Positions 35,083 through 51,042 of a stretch of 64,000 bases of DNA are shown one piece after another. The notes beneath the pieces are model-generated. The model saw only the letters and a program-made list of their open reading frames with translations. It was not told where the DNA came from and did not search any database. A program made the position numbers and the translations under genes. Positions within the stretch are counted from its first letter, which is position 1. Every line of letters starts with the position of its first letter. The stretch lies in the NCBI GenBank assembly GCA_016715865.1, contig JADJXM010000006.1, positions 257,564 to 321,563 on the forward strand, in the 5' to 3' direction. Source of the stretch: Acidobacteriota bacterium (lineage in GTDB: Bacteria; Acidobacteriota; Blastocatellia; RBC074).

Positions 35083-35160
35083 ATATTACGCCTTAAAGAA
35101 ATTTGGAGCAAGTTAAAAGTTACTGGAAAAGCGAAAAATTTTAAGATTGCAATCGAGCAT

Positions 35161-37449
35161 TTATTGCTTGTGTTTAAGTATCATCTCGCGTCCGGTCAGA
35201 TAGAGGATAATGGTCAGCAGGACAAACGGGATGAGCGAAAGCAGATTCGAATAATCCCCTTGGAAAAAGGGGTTATGAGTTCCGGCCCATTCCTCGATCC
35301 GCCTGTTGGTTTCGACAGTCACGCCGGCAAGAAAAGCGATAATGATACCGGCGATGGCTCCGCCGGCGATGTAGCCTGAAGCCATGAGAACACCGGGGCT
35401 TTTATCGGTTTCGGCAACTACCTGCTCTTCGGTCAGATTCTTATCGGCCAGTCTCTTTCTCAGAGTGCGATCGACGAGCCAGCGGATGCCGCCGCCGATG
35501 AAGATCGTCAGGGAAGTCGAGAGCGGGAGATAAACTCCGACAGCAAAGGCCAGCGATGGAACGCCGGACGCCTCGAGCATGATAGTGATCATGACGCCCA
35601 GCAGGACCAGCGCCCAGGGCAGTTTACGATCGAGAATGCCCTTGATGATATATGACATGAGCGTCGCCTTCGGCGCATCGAATTTCGGAACCGAGGTGCC
35701 GTCCGGGCGCTTATCGACCGTGCCGTTGATGCCCGGATCGACCTGATAGACCGGCACGCCCTGATCGTTGACCAGATATTTCTGGGCATTGCCCGCGTTG
35801 TCGGTGTGATACCAGACGAAATACGAATTGGAGTCATCTGCAGCCTGCGGACCTTTGAGCGGCTCTCGGATCTTCAACTGTGAACTGTCGGCTCGAAGCT
35901 CAACTGCCGGAATATCTTTAACCGGCACATAAACAGTGCCTGTCTGATTGAGCTGAATCAGAATCGGTCCGAGCAGCAGGGCCGAGGCCAGCGAACCGAA
36001 GAGAATCGCGATCTGCTGATTGCGGGGAGTCGCGCCAACGAGAAATCCCGTCTTGAGGTCCTGCGAAGTGGTTCCTCCATTTGATGCGGCGATACAGACG
36101 ATCGCACCGACCATCAATGCTGTCACGTAATAAGGAGGTGTGGTCCAGCCGACGATGACGAAGATCAGGCATGTCAAAAGCAGCGTAGCGACGGTCATGC
36201 CCGAGATCGGATTCGATGAGGACCCGACTTCACCCGTCAATCGGGATGAGACCGTGACAAAGAGAAATCCAAACAGAACAATCATGATTGCGCCGATCAG
36301 ATTCATGTGCAGAGAGCGGAAAGTAAGGATGAGAACGACCAGCAGGACGATTCCTCCGATCACCCATTTCATCGAGATGTCCTGATCGGTCCTTTGCACC
36401 TTCCCTGCCCCGGCGCGCTGCGCTCCGCGCAGATCGCTCAATCCACCCTTCAATCCGGCCCAGATCGTCGGCAGCGAACGGACCATGCTGATGATGCCCG
36501 CGGCCGCGACCGATCCGGCGCCGATGTATAAAATGTATGCGCTGCGCACATCGTCGGGTGACATCTGGCTGATCGGAACAGTGCCCGGCGCAAGCGGTTC
36601 GCTCAGCCCGTCACCGAAAAATTTGATGGCCGGAATGAGGACCAGGTAGGCCAGTATGCCTCCGCCAACCATGAGGCCGGAGATATACGGGCCGATGATA
36701 AAACCGACGCCTAGCAGCTCAGGCGAAATCTCGGCTGAGAGTGACCCGCCCTTGAACGGGGCGCCGAAAACGCGCTCCGGGACTTCCTTCCACATCTTGA
36801 AAGCGGACATGAGCGCCTTGTATGCCAGCCCGATGCCGAAACCCGTGAAGATAGTCCTGGCGCCGATCTTGACCGCTCCAATCTCGGCCGTGCCGGCTTT
36901 TTCGGCTTCCCGAAGAGAGTCTTCGTCCGCACCGGCCTTGAGCACTTCGGCGCAGGCTGTGCCTTCGGGATATTTCAGCACGCCGTGCTGCTCGACGATC
37001 AAGGCGCGTCTCAAAGGGATCATCATCAGAATGCCGAGCAGTCCGCCAAGCACGCCGACCAGCATGACATTGAGAATCTCGAGGTCAAAACCCAGGATCA
37101 TGATCGCGGGCATAGTCGCGCCGAAACCGAAGGCGATCGACTCGCCTGCCGAACCGGCGGTCTGGACGATATTGTTCTCAAGAATCGTGGCGTTGCGCAG
37201 CCCAACCTTCGAGAGCAGCCTGAAGATCGTGATCGAAATAACAGCGACAGGGATCGATGCGCTGACCGTCAAACCCGTCTTCAATACAAGGTAGAGCGAT
37301 GACGCTCCGAAGACGATCCCGAGAAGCGTGCCGAAGATGAGCGGCAGCACGGTCAATTCCCGGAGTTTCGTCTCCTCGCCGATGAACGGACGAAATAGGA
37401 CGGGTTTGGATGAAGATTGTTTGGCCACGTTTCCGATCTCTGTCGCCAT
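35161..37449 (-). CDS. OPT family oligopeptide transporter
   Basis: 762 aa, ~16 TM segments, conserved OPT N-terminal region ([35 protein letters not shown]...). Confidence 0.8.
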   Translation of the reverse strand: MATEIGNVAKQSSSKPVLFRPFIGEETKLRELTVLPLIFGTLLGIVFGASSLYLVLKTGLTVSASIPVAVISITIFRLLSKVGLRNATILENNIVQTAGSAGESIAFGFGATMPAIMILGFDLEILNVMLVGVLGGLLGILMMIPLRRALIVEQHGVLKYPEGTACAEVLKAGADEDSLREAEKAGTAEIGAVKIGARTIFTGFGIGLAYKALMSAFKMWKEVPERVFGAPFKGGSLSAEISPELLGVGFIIGPYISGLMVGGGILAYLVLIPAIKFFGDGLSEPLAPGTVPISQMSPDDVRSAYILYIGAGSVAAAGIISMVRSLPTIWAGLKGGLSDLRGAQRAGAGKVQRTDQDISMKWVIGGIVLLVVLILTFRSLHMNLIGAIMIVLFGFLFVTVSSRLTGEVGSSSNPISGMTVATLLLTCLIFVIVGWTTPPYYVTALMVGAIVCIAASNGGTTSQDLKTGFLVGATPRNQQIAILFGSLASALLLGPILIQLNQTGTVYVPVKDIPAVELRADSSQLKIREPLKGPQAADDSNSYFVWYHTDNAGNAQKYLVNDQGVPVYQVDPGINGTVDKRPDGTSVPKFDAPKATLMSYIIKGILDRKLPWALVLLGVMITIMLEASGVPSLAFAVGVYLPLSTSLTIFIGGGIRWLVDRTLRKRLADKNLTEEQVVAETDKSPGVLMASGYIAGGAIAGIIIAFLAGVTVETNRRIEEWAGTHNPFFQGDYSNLLSLIPFVLLTIILYLTGREMILKHKQ

Positions 37450-37583
37450 GTAAGATCCTCCTGTTTGATGTTTGAAAAGTTCCGTGCACTAAAGTAGACG
37501 GCTAATTTCTTATCACCGCTCACGCGGTTGCGGACATTCACAAAGCTTCGAAAACCCTCAAAATCACACTGGCGGAACGGTGC

Positions 37584-37620
37584 TTTCCACTTTCCACTTT
37601 TTACTTTCTACTTTTTATTT
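37584..37620. repeat. GTAGAAAG-family single arm (B5) overlapping enoyl-CoA hydratase stop
   Basis: ctttccactttccactttttactttctactttttatttcc. Confidence 0.65.
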
Positions 37621-38397
37621 CCCCGTCCAGCATGGAGTACGCTTCTCCAGAAACGCTCCGATCCCCTCCTGGGCGTCGTCGGCCATGGCGTTGAGGCTCA
37701 TGACTTCTCTCGTGTAATCATAGGCTTTCGGCTGATCGAGATCGATTTGAGTGTAGAATGCCTGTTTTCCGATGCCGACAGTAAGCGGGCTGGCTTCGGC
37801 GATCTGGAGCGCAAGCCGCGTCGACTCTTCCCTGAGCGCTTCAGCCGGCACGGCGCGGTTGATCAATCCCCATTCGACGGCTGTCGCGGCGTCGATCGGA
37901 GATCCGGTGAGGAGCATTTCGAGCGCGCGCTTTCGACCGATAGCTCGCGTCAACGCAACCATCGGCGTACTGCAAAAGAGCCCGATGCGGACTCCGGGTG
38001 TGGCGAACCGGGCTGAATCGGCCGCAATCGCCAGATCACAGGTCGCGACAAGCTGGCATCCGGCGGCGGTCGCCATCCCCTGCACTTCAGCGATGACTGG
38101 TTGTGGAATCCGCTGGATCGTCATCATCAACTCGATGCAAACATCGAACAGATTCCGATAGTGACCGATCGACTCACCCCTCAATTCATTCAGATCATGA
38201 CCGGATGAAAAAACCGTTCCGGACGCGGCCAGGATAACGGCCCGCACATCACCTGACGACCCGATACGTTGCAGGATGTCATTGAGCTCCCGCATAAGCG
38301 CGAGCGATAGCGCATTGCGTCGATCAGGCCGGTTGAGGGTTATCCTCGTGATCGAAGCATCGTCATCGACTTTCAGATTTTCATAGTTCGATTGCAT
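37615..38397 (-). CDS. enoyl-CoA hydratase/isomerase (crotonase) family protein
   Basis: ITLNRPDRRNAL..., AVILAASGTVFSSGHDLNE oxyanion-hole region characteristic of crotonase fold. Confidence 0.8.
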   Translation of the reverse strand: MQSNYENLKVDDDASITRITLNRPDRRNALSLALMRELNDILQRIGSSGDVRAVILAASGTVFSSGHDLNELRGESIGHYRNLFDVCIELMMTIQRIPQPVIAEVQGMATAAGCQLVATCDLAIAADSARFATPGVRIGLFCSTPMVALTRAIGRKRALEMLLTGSPIDAATAVEWGLINRAVPAEALREESTRLALQIAEASPLTVGIGKQAFYTQIDLDQPKAYDYTREVMSLNAMADDAQEGIGAFLEKRTPCWTGK

Positions 38398-38531
38398 TGC
38401 CTTTACTCCTCAGCGGGAAAGAAGGTCGTTTGCCATTGAAAAGATCGGCATTCGGGGTCAGCATATCACATGCATTCTGCTGAATATCAAAACACTACGG
38501 TAAAAATCAGGACAATATCCGGAGGAAAAAA

Positions 38532-39476
<945 letters not shown>

Positions 39477-39507
39477 AGTTTTCAGGTAACTGTTACGAAG
39501 TGTGGTT

Positions 39508-39745
39508 AAACGCCAAGAACGCCAAGACAGCCAGGTATTCAACGCCAAGGACGCCAAGTTGGCCAAGAGATTAGATGAAGTGATGATTCGTTGTAATTTC
39601 CATTTCGCCAAAAGCACAATCAAATATGCTGATCACATTATTCTCATTTAAATCCCTTGGCCGACTTGGCGTCCTTGGCGTTGAATACCTGGCTGCCTTG
39701 GCGTCCTTGGCGTTTAAATTCTTTGCCGGCCTGGCGTCGCCGCGT
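39508..39745. repeat. GGCGTCCTTG-family inverted-repeat element (D1) with AT-rich ~90-nt spacer
   Basis: Left arm cgccaagaacgccaagacagccagg...aacgccaaggacgccaagttggccaag; right arm cttggccgacttggcgtccttggcgttg...gccttggcgtccttggcg...gcctggcgtcgccgcg. Confidence 0.8.
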
Positions 39746-39756
39746 CTCACAAAAAC

Positions 39757-40167
39757 TCAAGCTTGGACGTCCGACTTGACGCTGTGACGCAGTTCGTCTC
39801 GCAACTTCTCGATCTCGGTAAGCTTGTCCTGGATCCGTTGAAACAATTGCGATTGCGCCTTGATTCCCTCTTCGACCAGAAATGCGGCAGCATCCGCGCG
39901 TCCCCTGAAAATGCCCGCCGACACAAGTGTATCGATCGAATCGGATGTCGCATCGCTGAGACGGATCAGAACCGTCGTATCGCGAACGTTCATGGCCCGT
40001 TCGACTGCCTTGCCGACCGTGTCTGGAACCCGATTGAAAAGATCCCGCAGCGTCGACGCAATATCGTCCAGAGTCTCGCCCGCCTTGCTGGATGATGAAG
40101 CCGGCGATTGCGTCAAAGGCCCGCCTCCCGCTTCTCCCTGATTTGGGTTCTCATCTGAATTGCTCAT
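39757..40167 (-). CDS. hypothetical protein, possible ribbon-helix-helix fold plus coiled coil
   Basis: TTVLIRLSDATSDSIDTLVSAGIFRGRADAAAFLVEEGI resembles an RHH (beta-strand then two helices) DNA-binding unit; C-terminal heptad-like helix. Weak. Confidence 0.35.
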   Translation of the reverse strand: MSNSDENPNQGEAGGGPLTQSPASSSSKAGETLDDIASTLRDLFNRVPDTVGKAVERAMNVRDTTVLIRLSDATSDSIDTLVSAGIFRGRADAAAFLVEEGIKAQSQLFQRIQDKLTEIEKLRDELRHSVKSDVQA

Positions 40168-40272
40168 ATTACCTCCTCATTTTTTCTTTGCCATCGCCGA
40201 ATTCGGCAACGATCTCAAACCATGATACGCCGGTCACCTGCCGGAAAGTTGCATCAAAGATTTTCCGATCAG

Positions 40273-41139
<867 letters not shown>

Positions 41140-41151
41140 GACCTCTCCTTT

Positions 41152-41408
41152 AAGTCAGTTGAAAGTTGAAAGTTAAAAGTTGAAAGTCAGCGCCATTATT
41201 TTACCGGATTTATAGTGGAAAAATCATTTCTCATCGGAGCGTTCCGATAAGTCAGTTGAAAGTTGAAAGTCAGCACCGTTATTTTACCGGATTTATAATG
41301 GGAAAATCATTCCTGATCGGAGCCTTCCGATATTTGCCGATCACGAAGCGCCCAGCTTTCGACTTTCAACTTTCAACTTTCAACTTTTAACTTTTAACTT
41401 TTTACTCA
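41152..41408. repeat. GTTGAAAG-family composite element (C2): ~98-bp unit duplicated in tandem plus inverted terminal arm
   Basis: Two near-identical units beginning aagtcagttgaaagttgaaagt...cagc(g/a)cc(a/g)ttattttaccggatttata...; closing arm ctttcgactttcaactttcaactttcaacttttaacttttaac. Confidence 0.85.
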
Positions 41409-41410
41409 TT

Positions 41411-43105
41411 TCACATATCTTCGATTTTCAATTGAGTATCAGCCATTTTCCAGGCTTTTTTGAAGTCTTGCTCGACTGTCCGAGCCTGATCGAGTTTACC
41501 CTGTTTTTTCAGGCTTTCGGCCAGACCGAAGAGGGAGCGCCCGCTGCCCTGATTGTTCTCGAGATCGCGTCGAAAGACCTTTTCTGCCTCGGCCGGATTT
41601 CCGTTCAGCAATAGAGCGGCGCCGAGGGACTCGCGGACAGAGTAGTACCAGCCCGGCGGTTCGTCATAATTCAGGGCATCGTGAGCCGAGACGGCTTTAT
41701 ACCAGAAATCGATAGCGGTCTGACGATCACCTTTGGCGGAATGGATCTGAGCAGCCAGAATATTTTCAGCGATGGCCAGTACACCGGCAGCGGTATTGAG
41801 GCCGAAAGGCGTCTCACCCGGCATATTGGCCGCCAGGTCATGCAGGGTCTTCTGCTCGCGTTCGGCATCCTGAATCCTGCCGACGGCGGCCAGGGCGACG
41901 CCCCTCGAGTAATGCCAGATCGCCCTGGTGACGGGCATTTCGGCGCCAGGTTCGGGGTGTTTCAGAATCTCTTCCCACTTATTGAACCGCAATTGAACGA
42001 AAAGGACCGAAGGTAAAAAGCCCTCGAGCATCGGCATCTCTTTCAGGTGACCTCGAACATTATCAGCCAGCTGCGCCGCGGCATCCGCTGCCCGCCGGTA
42101 ATTCCCCGCCCGGTTATATGATTCGACGAGAAAATGCAGGTTGTGGCTGTAGTACATCGCCGGATACATTCCGGTGACGCCGGTCCGGCGAATGTATTGT
42201 CGATCGACATCGGCGGCGACTTCGTTGGCTTTGGCAGAGGCTTCGTAATCGCCGGTTCGGATATAGATATGCGACGGCATATGCACGATGTGTCCCGACG
42301 CCGGCGCGAGGTCCGCCAGACGGGCCGCACTGGGCAGTGCCCGGCCGGGGTTGTTCGAGGCTTCCACAGCGTGAATATACAGATGATTGGCTCCGAGATG
42401 CTGAGGATCGCGCTTGAGAGTATCTTCGAGCACCGCGACAATCTGGGCGGTGTACTCTGTCGGCTTGCCGTCTTTTGTCCAGAGCTGCCACGGTGTCAGG
42501 TTCATCAGGCTGTCGGCATAGAGGGTCGCCGCATCGGCATCTGCCGGATACCGCCGATGAACATCAGCCATTGCGTCCTTGTAGTCCACTGCGCCCTGCT
42601 TCAGATTGTCTTTAAGTGAAAATCGCTTCCAGAGCGCATCGATATAAGCGCGCTCTTTCGCCGATGCGCCGGCAGCCAGCTGGCGCGCTTTCTCCAGCGC
42701 ATGCACGGCCGCTTCCAGCCGCGACTGATCGATCTGAGGCTCGTTGTAATTCGGACCAACTGCGAGGGCTATGCCCCACCAGGCCATGGCCAGGTTCGGA
42801 TCCAGCTGCGCAGCACGCTCAAACGAGCGGCGTGCCTCATCGTGATTGAATCCATAAATGAAGGCCAGCCCCTGATCGAAAAATTTCTGGGCGTCGGCAT
42901 TTTTCGTAGTTACCGGATGATGCAGCTTTCCCGCACCGGCTATGAGCTGTGCCGGTTTCTGCATCCCGCCGCCATGCTGTTCGTGTTGCGCATTAGTGGG
43001 TATCACGGCTCCCAGCATCAACGCAATCGTGGCAATCCACCGAATTCCCGATATTCTCCTTACCATCTTTCCCTCCTCTTTATTTTCAGGTTTATTTTCA
43101 GACAT
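41411..43105 (-). CDS. secreted TPR/helical-repeat protein (hypothetical)
   Basis: Signal peptide (IATIALMLGAVIPTNAQ); all-alpha repeat composition; no catalytic motif. Confidence 0.5.
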   Translation of the reverse strand: MSENKPENKEEGKMVRRISGIRWIATIALMLGAVIPTNAQHEQHGGGMQKPAQLIAGAGKLHHPVTTKNADAQKFFDQGLAFIYGFNHDEARRSFERAAQLDPNLAMAWWGIALAVGPNYNEPQIDQSRLEAAVHALEKARQLAAGASAKERAYIDALWKRFSLKDNLKQGAVDYKDAMADVHRRYPADADAATLYADSLMNLTPWQLWTKDGKPTEYTAQIVAVLEDTLKRDPQHLGANHLYIHAVEASNNPGRALPSAARLADLAPASGHIVHMPSHIYIRTGDYEASAKANEVAADVDRQYIRRTGVTGMYPAMYYSHNLHFLVESYNRAGNYRRAADAAAQLADNVRGHLKEMPMLEGFLPSVLFVQLRFNKWEEILKHPEPGAEMPVTRAIWHYSRGVALAAVGRIQDAEREQKTLHDLAANMPGETPFGLNTAAGVLAIAENILAAQIHSAKGDRQTAIDFWYKAVSAHDALNYDEPPGWYYSVRESLGAALLLNGNPAEAEKVFRRDLENNQGSGRSLFGLAESLKKQGKLDQARTVEQDFKKAWKMADTQLKIEDM

Positions 43106-43331
43106 TATTCAATTTCTGATCAATTCTCAGGATATAATAGCTATTCGGAAAATAAATAAATGGCGGTTGAAATTTAGATCAATTTTTTCTCAACATTGCG
43201 CTGAAGCTGCAAAGTAAGGCGATCAGTATCGATATGGCATTAAATATCAGTCATTTCCGGATCTTTTTACTTTCAGCTTTCTTTTCACAGGAGTCAAAGA
43301 CATAGCACAAATCGAGGGCAAAACATCAGGG

Positions 43332-45017
<1,686 letters not shown>

Positions 45018-45021
45018 CAGA

Positions 45022-45756
45022 TCAGGCGATCTCCATTGCGCGCAGGTGTTCGAGCCGGTTGAGCGATTTCCGAATCTGACGATCGACCTGCGAGACCAGC
45101 TCAGCCATCAGATCGACGCCCATCGAATCGGCGTTCTCAACGCGCAGTTTCAGTTTGTAGATTTCAGAGCCGGTGATATCAGCGAGATCGGCCTCGATCC
45201 CGACAAGTCGCTGACGCGCCTCGGCAACCTTTCGCAACAGCAGGATCATTTCGGCGGACATTACACGGGCGTCAGTGACCTCATCGTGGGCGGCCCCGGC
45301 ATCCAGCAGGTTCTGCAGTCTGTCCTCAGCGCCGGTTTCGTATGCGCGATTGACTTCGACCATCAGTTGATGGCGATGACGACGTTCGTGTTCACAGGAT
45401 GTCAGGTCCGGGTGGAATTTGCGCGCCACTTCGCGGTAGAGCTTCTTGAGCCTGTCTGAATGCATGCGGTTCTGGCCACATCCGACCTCATCTTCAGCCA
45501 GTGAGGCATCGACAACATCCTCATCGAATGGCAGCCCCTGCAACTCCGCGATCTGTTTTTCGATTTCGGCCAGTTGATCGTATTTGTTGCCGACTACGGG
45601 CAGATATCGCCCTTCAAAAATGCGCATTCCCTTTTCCAGGTCTGCGAGTTCGATCTCACGGCCTGCGATCGCGGCTTCAAGCGCGGCCAGATCTTCGCGC
45701 AGTTCTTCGATCCTCTTCTGATCGGCGGCATTGCTTAATGTCAGTTCCGAATCCAT
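45022..45756 (-). CDS. J-domain (DnaJ-like) protein with coiled-coil regions
   Basis: LKKLYREVARKFHPD contains the invariant HPD tripeptide of J domains in correct helix II-III context. Confidence 0.7.
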   Translation of the reverse strand: MDSELTLSNAADQKRIEELREDLAALEAAIAGREIELADLEKGMRIFEGRYLPVVGNKYDQLAEIEKQIAELQGLPFDEDVVDASLAEDEVGCGQNRMHSDRLKKLYREVARKFHPDLTSCEHERRHRHQLMVEVNRAYETGAEDRLQNLLDAGAAHDEVTDARVMSAEMILLLRKVAEARQRLVGIEADLADITGSEIYKLKLRVENADSMGVDLMAELVSQVDRQIRKSLNRLEHLRAMEIA

Positions 45757-45817
45757 CAGTCAGGCAACCTCACTACTTTGTAAAATAAATTTTATATGAT
45801 TTCAAGCCTGGGACAAG

Positions 45818-46018
45818 TTAGCCAAAGGCCATTAAGATGGGCAAGGATTTTAAGTCGCAAAGGGCCATTTAAATGAGAATAAGTGGGGATCAGCATATTT
45901 GATTGCGCTTTTGGCGAACTGGATATTACTGCGAAAACGATCACTTCTTATAATCTTTGGCCGACTTGGCGTCCTTGGCGTTTAACCCTTGGCAGTCTTG
46001 GCGTCCTTGGCGTTGAAA
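45818..46018. repeat. GGCGTCCTTG-family element (D2), degenerate left arm and intact right arm
   Basis: Right arm ctttggccgacttggcgtccttggcgtttaacccttggcagtcttggcgtccttggcgttg nearly identical to D1 right arm; upstream gccaaaggcc/gggcaagg/cgcaaagggcc degenerate copies. Confidence 0.7.
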
Positions 46019-46111
46019 ATCTTATAAAACTTAGTTTACAGAGCACTCACTGCAGAATATTTAAAGGTGTCAGTCCTTCCCTGCCCCGTTTAGCTCTCTT
46101 CAGCCGGCGGC

Positions 46112-47209
46112 TCAGTGCCCTTTGACAGGGGTCAGCGAGCGAGTGTCGGGCAATGGAGTCTCTGCCGTATGCGACGGCAAAATCGGATAATCGATCTTCG
46201 GCATATCGCCCGTCAATGTGATCAGAAACGCCGTGATGTCATCGACCTCGGAGTCGTTGAGCTTCATACCAAGCTGCGACGACCCCATGATCGCCACCGC
46301 CTGTTTGAGATCCCAGACCTTGCCCGAATGGAAGAATGGCGCTGTCAATTCGATGTTGCGCAGAGACGGCGATTTGAAGACATACTCGTCAGTTGCGGTC
46401 CGGGTGATCGCAAAACGGCCCTTGTCGTCAGGCGGCAGGATCTCAGATCCGGGCTGCTCAACTACGCCGAACGGGTAATAGCCTTCACCTCCGGCATTGA
46501 CGCCGCCATGGCATGATACGCAGCCTTTCGACATGTAAATCGAAAGACCGTTCTTCTCTTTGGCGTTGAGCGCTTTCTCATTCCCAGCCAGATACTGGTC
46601 GAATCGCGAGTTCGGGGTGATGAGCGTCGCTTCGAAAGCCTCGATCGCACGGGCCATGTTGTCGAACGTTACAGGGTTGGCATCAACCGGAAACGCCGCC
46701 TTGAACAGCGTGACATAACCGGGAATCGTCCTGAGCGTTTTGACAGCCCGGTCCGGATTACTGTTCATTTCGACGGCAGCCTGAACCGGCCCTTTCGCCT
46801 GCTCCATCAGGTCTTTTGCGCGTCCGTCCCAGAATTGAGCAAGGTTGAAAACGGCATTGAGCACCGTCGGGCTGTTGCGCCCGCCTCTCTGCCAGCCATG
46901 ACCGATGGATGTTTCAAGTCGATCCACACCGCCCATTCCAAGATTGTGGCACGAATTGCAACTGATCATCCAGCTCGTCGACAAACGTGGATCGAAAAAG
47001 AGCTTCTTGCCCAGTTCGACCTTCTCCGCAGTGATCGGATTGTCCTTCAGTTGAGGCGCCTGCGTCGGAATCGGTTTGAATTTCTGACGCGCTTTCTGCA
47101 TCAGTTCCTCTTCGACAGCACTGTTAATACTGAAAAATGAGACGATCAGCATGACCGCCAGCCCCCCAACCGTTCGACCTCTTGAATATTTTTGTTTGAT
47201 ATGAATCAT
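46112..47209 (-). CDS. di-heme cytochrome c peroxidase (CCP/MauG family)
   Basis: Two CxxCH motifs (CNSCHN, CVSCHG) with characteristic spacing; conserved FWDGRA and Trp/Met ligand regions. Confidence 0.85.
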   Translation of the reverse strand: MIHIKQKYSRGRTVGGLAVMLIVSFFSINSAVEEELMQKARQKFKPIPTQAPQLKDNPITAEKVELGKKLFFDPRLSTSWMISCNSCHNLGMGGVDRLETSIGHGWQRGGRNSPTVLNAVFNLAQFWDGRAKDLMEQAKGPVQAAVEMNSNPDRAVKTLRTIPGYVTLFKAAFPVDANPVTFDNMARAIEAFEATLITPNSRFDQYLAGNEKALNAKEKNGLSIYMSKGCVSCHGGVNAGGEGYYPFGVVEQPGSEILPPDDKGRFAITRTATDEYVFKSPSLRNIELTAPFFHSGKVWDLKQAVAIMGSSQLGMKLNDSEVDDITAFLITLTGDMPKIDYPILPSHTAETPLPDTRSLTPVKGH

Positions 47210-47253
47210 TGTTACCCTCTCAAGTCAGAAAGCGGGCATCAGCAATCGCACTA

Positions 47254-47919
47254 TCAGCCGCGCGCTGACCGGACGATGTCTTCCCTGCCCTGCAGCTCGG
47301 CCAGAATACCGTCAAAGGTTTCGAACTCGCGAAAAGGTATCTTCTTTTCCATGCAGTACTGGATCAATGAATGCTTGGCGAAGACTTCGTCAGCGACATG
47401 AGCGGCGCTTCGGTCGGACAGACCATCACCAATGAAGATAGTATATTGACCTGCCTTTCCCGCAGCCTGCAAAGCCCTCGCCTTATCGTGCCCGAACTCA
47501 GTCCCGTCGCGAAAGACGCATTGCCATCCGGCCCGTGGATCAGGATTCAGACTGTTGGCCAAAACCTCGACTCGCGGAAATTCATCGGGCTTGATAAACA
47601 GATCGATGATCTGATGAAAGCCCGCGCTGAGAACCGTCAATGGAATGCCGTGATTTTGGCACCAGTGAGCGAGCGGCGCAAACCCGGGGTCGATCCTTAC
47701 TTTTTCACGCAGCAGGGCTTCGACCTCGCTGAACGGAAGGCGTATGCTGCGCATCTCAGCCGCAATGCCGTCGCGCAGGGAGATAGTGTTGTCACGAATC
47801 AATCTGCCGATCGCCTGAACCATCTCGGTCCCGCCGCCGAGAGTGCTCGCCAGAAAGACCAGGGTGTCCTGATCGGTGATCGTGCCGTCGAAATCTGAAA
47901 AAATATGAATGTTTTTCAA
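47254..47919 (-). CDS. HAD-IB family hydrolase (phosphoserine phosphatase/MtnX-like)
   Basis: Motif I FSDFDGTIT (DxDGT), motif III/IV IGDGLSD. Confidence 0.75.
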   Translation of the reverse strand: MKNIHIFSDFDGTITDQDTLVFLASTLGGGTEMVQAIGRLIRDNTISLRDGIAAEMRSIRLPFSEVEALLREKVRIDPGFAPLAHWCQNHGIPLTVLSAGFHQIIDLFIKPDEFPRVEVLANSLNPDPRAGWQCVFRDGTEFGHDKARALQAAGKAGQYTIFIGDGLSDRSAAHVADEVFAKHSLIQYCMEKKIPFREFETFDGILAELQGREDIVRSARG

Positions 47920-48572
47920 TTGGTATTGCTCCTGATCTCAATGCCGGCGGGAGGCTGAAAAATGAATTGTGCGCCGGCAGCCGGAGCGTTTTCACGAACG
48001 TTGGCAAAGATGAAATCGGATCGTGAGCCATCGTCATCGACAAATGAAAGTCTTGCCAGTTGAAGGCTGGCCGGCTCGACCTCGATGTGCAATTCGCGAA
48101 AGTCCCGGGCCTTTTTCGGGACCAGGCGGATTACGCGATTCCCTGCCCTGACCGGACTTTCAGCAGAAAATTCAATAACCCTGAAATCCCGTCGGAAATT
48201 GCCGCGTCCAAGCAGGAACATAAACGGCGCCCGCAAATCGTCTGCCTCTCTGACACGCGTGCGCGTGGCATAGCCGTCTGACGGCACATATTCATGGATC
48301 CATTTTCCGTCGGAGATGAAGAGCTTGCGTTGAGGGCTGGAGTAATCCCAACGCATTTTGCCAGGCTTTTTGAGCAGCAAACGCCCGCTTTCGCGACGGC
48401 TCTTACCCGTGCGACCGAGATGTATCTGAGTGAAATCGGCGGAAAGAGTTGAGATTTTGTTGTATTTCGCCTGAAGCGCCCTGATCAGCCCATCCAGATC
48501 CTTGCCCTGCGCCGGACCGGGGATCGGCGCCCCGAACCAGATCATAATCGATAAAAAGATTGCTCTATTCAC
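47916..48572 (-). CDS. LolA-like outer-membrane lipoprotein carrier family protein
   Basis: Signal peptide, DFTQ...G.L..K.PGKMRW.Y..P...L.ISDG motif typical of LolA fold; adjacent to ABC exporter. Confidence 0.65.
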   Translation of the reverse strand: MNRAIFLSIMIWFGAPIPGPAQGKDLDGLIRALQAKYNKISTLSADFTQIHLGRTGKSRRESGRLLLKKPGKMRWDYSSPQRKLFISDGKWIHEYVPSDGYATRTRVREADDLRAPFMFLLGRGNFRRDFRVIEFSAESPVRAGNRVIRLVPKKARDFRELHIEVEPASLQLARLSFVDDDGSRSDFIFANVRENAPAAGAQFIFQPPAGIEIRSNTN

Positions 48573-48736
48573 TTGTTTATCATAACAGCCGATAGTGCGA
48601 CGGGGCCACTCAGCCCGATCGATCTTTCAAAGTGCGGACGAAACGATCTTCCAGGGATTCCCGGACAGGGTTGACCGAATTGATACGACCAGCGTGTCTT
48701 TGGACTATTTCAATGAGTTTGCCGAGCGACTGATCA

Positions 48737-49543
<807 letters not shown>

Positions 49544-49546
49544 GAA

Positions 49547-50233
49547 TCAGCGATTGCGAAGAGCATCTGCGCGATCAATTTTGGCCAGTTGCTCGATGCA
49601 GATTTGACGGATGATCCCGTCGCTTGTCTCCTGGTAAAGCCGTGTGAAGATCTCGCGCGCGGTCTCGATGTCTCCTCCCTTCGCGGCCATCGTGGCCGCC
49701 ATTCCCTTCATCCAGTCCGGAGCCCCTTCCAGAGCAGCCCCGGCAGCGTATGCACCGGATGCCTCGTCGAAACGCCCGGCCCGCCAATGGATCATTCCCA
49801 GATCCTGGTAAAGCCTCCACTCATCCGGATTATGCTCGATCCCGCGTCGCGTAAATGCTATCGCCTGTTCGACATCCTGATACGGCAGAAAAAATGCGCC
49901 GAATCGGAACGCCGCGATGTGGTGTGGATCGATCCCGGTTGTAATTCCAAGAAGAGGTTCGAGCAACGGCATAAGTCGCAGATCGACCGCATCACTCGAC
50001 GCACGCTGCGCCTCCAGCTCTCGTCCGAAGTAACGGATGGTCCGTATCCAATATAGATCCGCGAGCAATCCGTTAAAACCAAAGCTCATTCGTCCGAGAG
50101 TCTCGCCTGAGCGCAGGTATAAAGCCTCTTCGTCGGCAACCTGAGTGAATCCATGCCCATCAATCCGAATCCGGATTGCGGCGCTGAAGCCTAACCCCGC
50201 GAGCAACAGTATGACAGCCAGCCAATTACTCAC
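49547..50233 (-). CDS. membrane-anchored TPR-like protein (ABC transporter-associated, hypothetical)
   Basis: N-terminal TM, helical-repeat body; overlaps neighbours by 4 bp suggesting translational coupling within ABC operon. Confidence 0.45.
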   Translation of the reverse strand: MSNWLAVILLLAGLGFSAAIRIRIDGHGFTQVADEEALYLRSGETLGRMSFGFNGLLADLYWIRTIRYFGRELEAQRASSDAVDLRLMPLLEPLLGITTGIDPHHIAAFRFGAFFLPYQDVEQAIAFTRRGIEHNPDEWRLYQDLGMIHWRAGRFDEASGAYAAGAALEGAPDWMKGMAATMAAKGGDIETAREIFTRLYQETSDGIIRQICIEQLAKIDRADALRNR

Positions 50234-51012
50234 TTGAAATTCCTTCGCTCGAATATCAGAACAGACGCCGCGATGACGGCTGTCACGTAACAGGCCGCAT
50301 ACAGGCTGTTCCAGCCAATGGTGATGACTGGAACGGCCTCTCCGCGCGCAGTTTCATTGATGGTGTTGAAATTGGCCAGATTCGGAAGCAGATGATAAAC
50401 CAGGCGTCCGATCACCCGCCCCGCAGTCGAACCGACCGTCCGGGTTAGCTGATCGAGGTCCGGTCCCCATCTTCCAATTAAATAGACGAGCAGCGTCAGT
50501 AATGCCGACAACGCCGGCGACGAAAAGCTGGAAAACATAAGTGCGATGGAAGTGACGATCGCCAGCTCGAGATAGATCAGATAGGCAGCCGGCCAGATTT
50601 TAAGCTGCAGGGCATCGAAGCCGCCCTGTGCGTAGAGCAATGCCAAATCAATCGCAATCGTCATGAACAGACATCCGGCGCCGAGCGTCAGCAGCAGGCC
50701 GAGATATTTGCCGGCCAGAAACTGATACCGTCTGACCGGTCTCGACAGGACAACGTCGATCGTCCTTCGTTCGATTTCCCCTGTAACAAGTCCAAGCCCA
50801 AGATAGATCGAGTAGATTACGCCGAAGATCGTCATTCCCGAGAGTCCCATGTCGATGATAATTCGACTTTCAGAACCTATGGCAAGCCGCCCCAGAACAA
50901 GCGAAGCGGCTGTCAGCAGCAGAATGAAGATCACCAGGCCGTACCAGACCCTGTTGCGCACCGATTCCCGGAAGGTGTTCAACGCAATGGCAGTGATTTT
51001 AGTCAAACGCAT
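50230..51012 (-). CDS. ABC-2 type transporter permease
   Basis: Six TM helices, ABC-2 permease-like N-terminus; operon with ATPase. Confidence 0.7.
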   Translation of the reverse strand: MRLTKITAIALNTFRESVRNRVWYGLVIFILLLTAASLVLGRLAIGSESRIIIDMGLSGMTIFGVIYSIYLGLGLVTGEIERRTIDVVLSRPVRRYQFLAGKYLGLLLTLGAGCLFMTIAIDLALLYAQGGFDALQLKIWPAAYLIYLELAIVTSIALMFSSFSSPALSALLTLLVYLIGRWGPDLDQLTRTVGSTAGRVIGRLVYHLLPNLANFNTINETARGEAVPVITIGWNSLYAACYVTAVIAASVLIFERRNFK

Positions 51013-51042
51013 ATGTAATCGTAGAGTTAGAAACTAAGTATT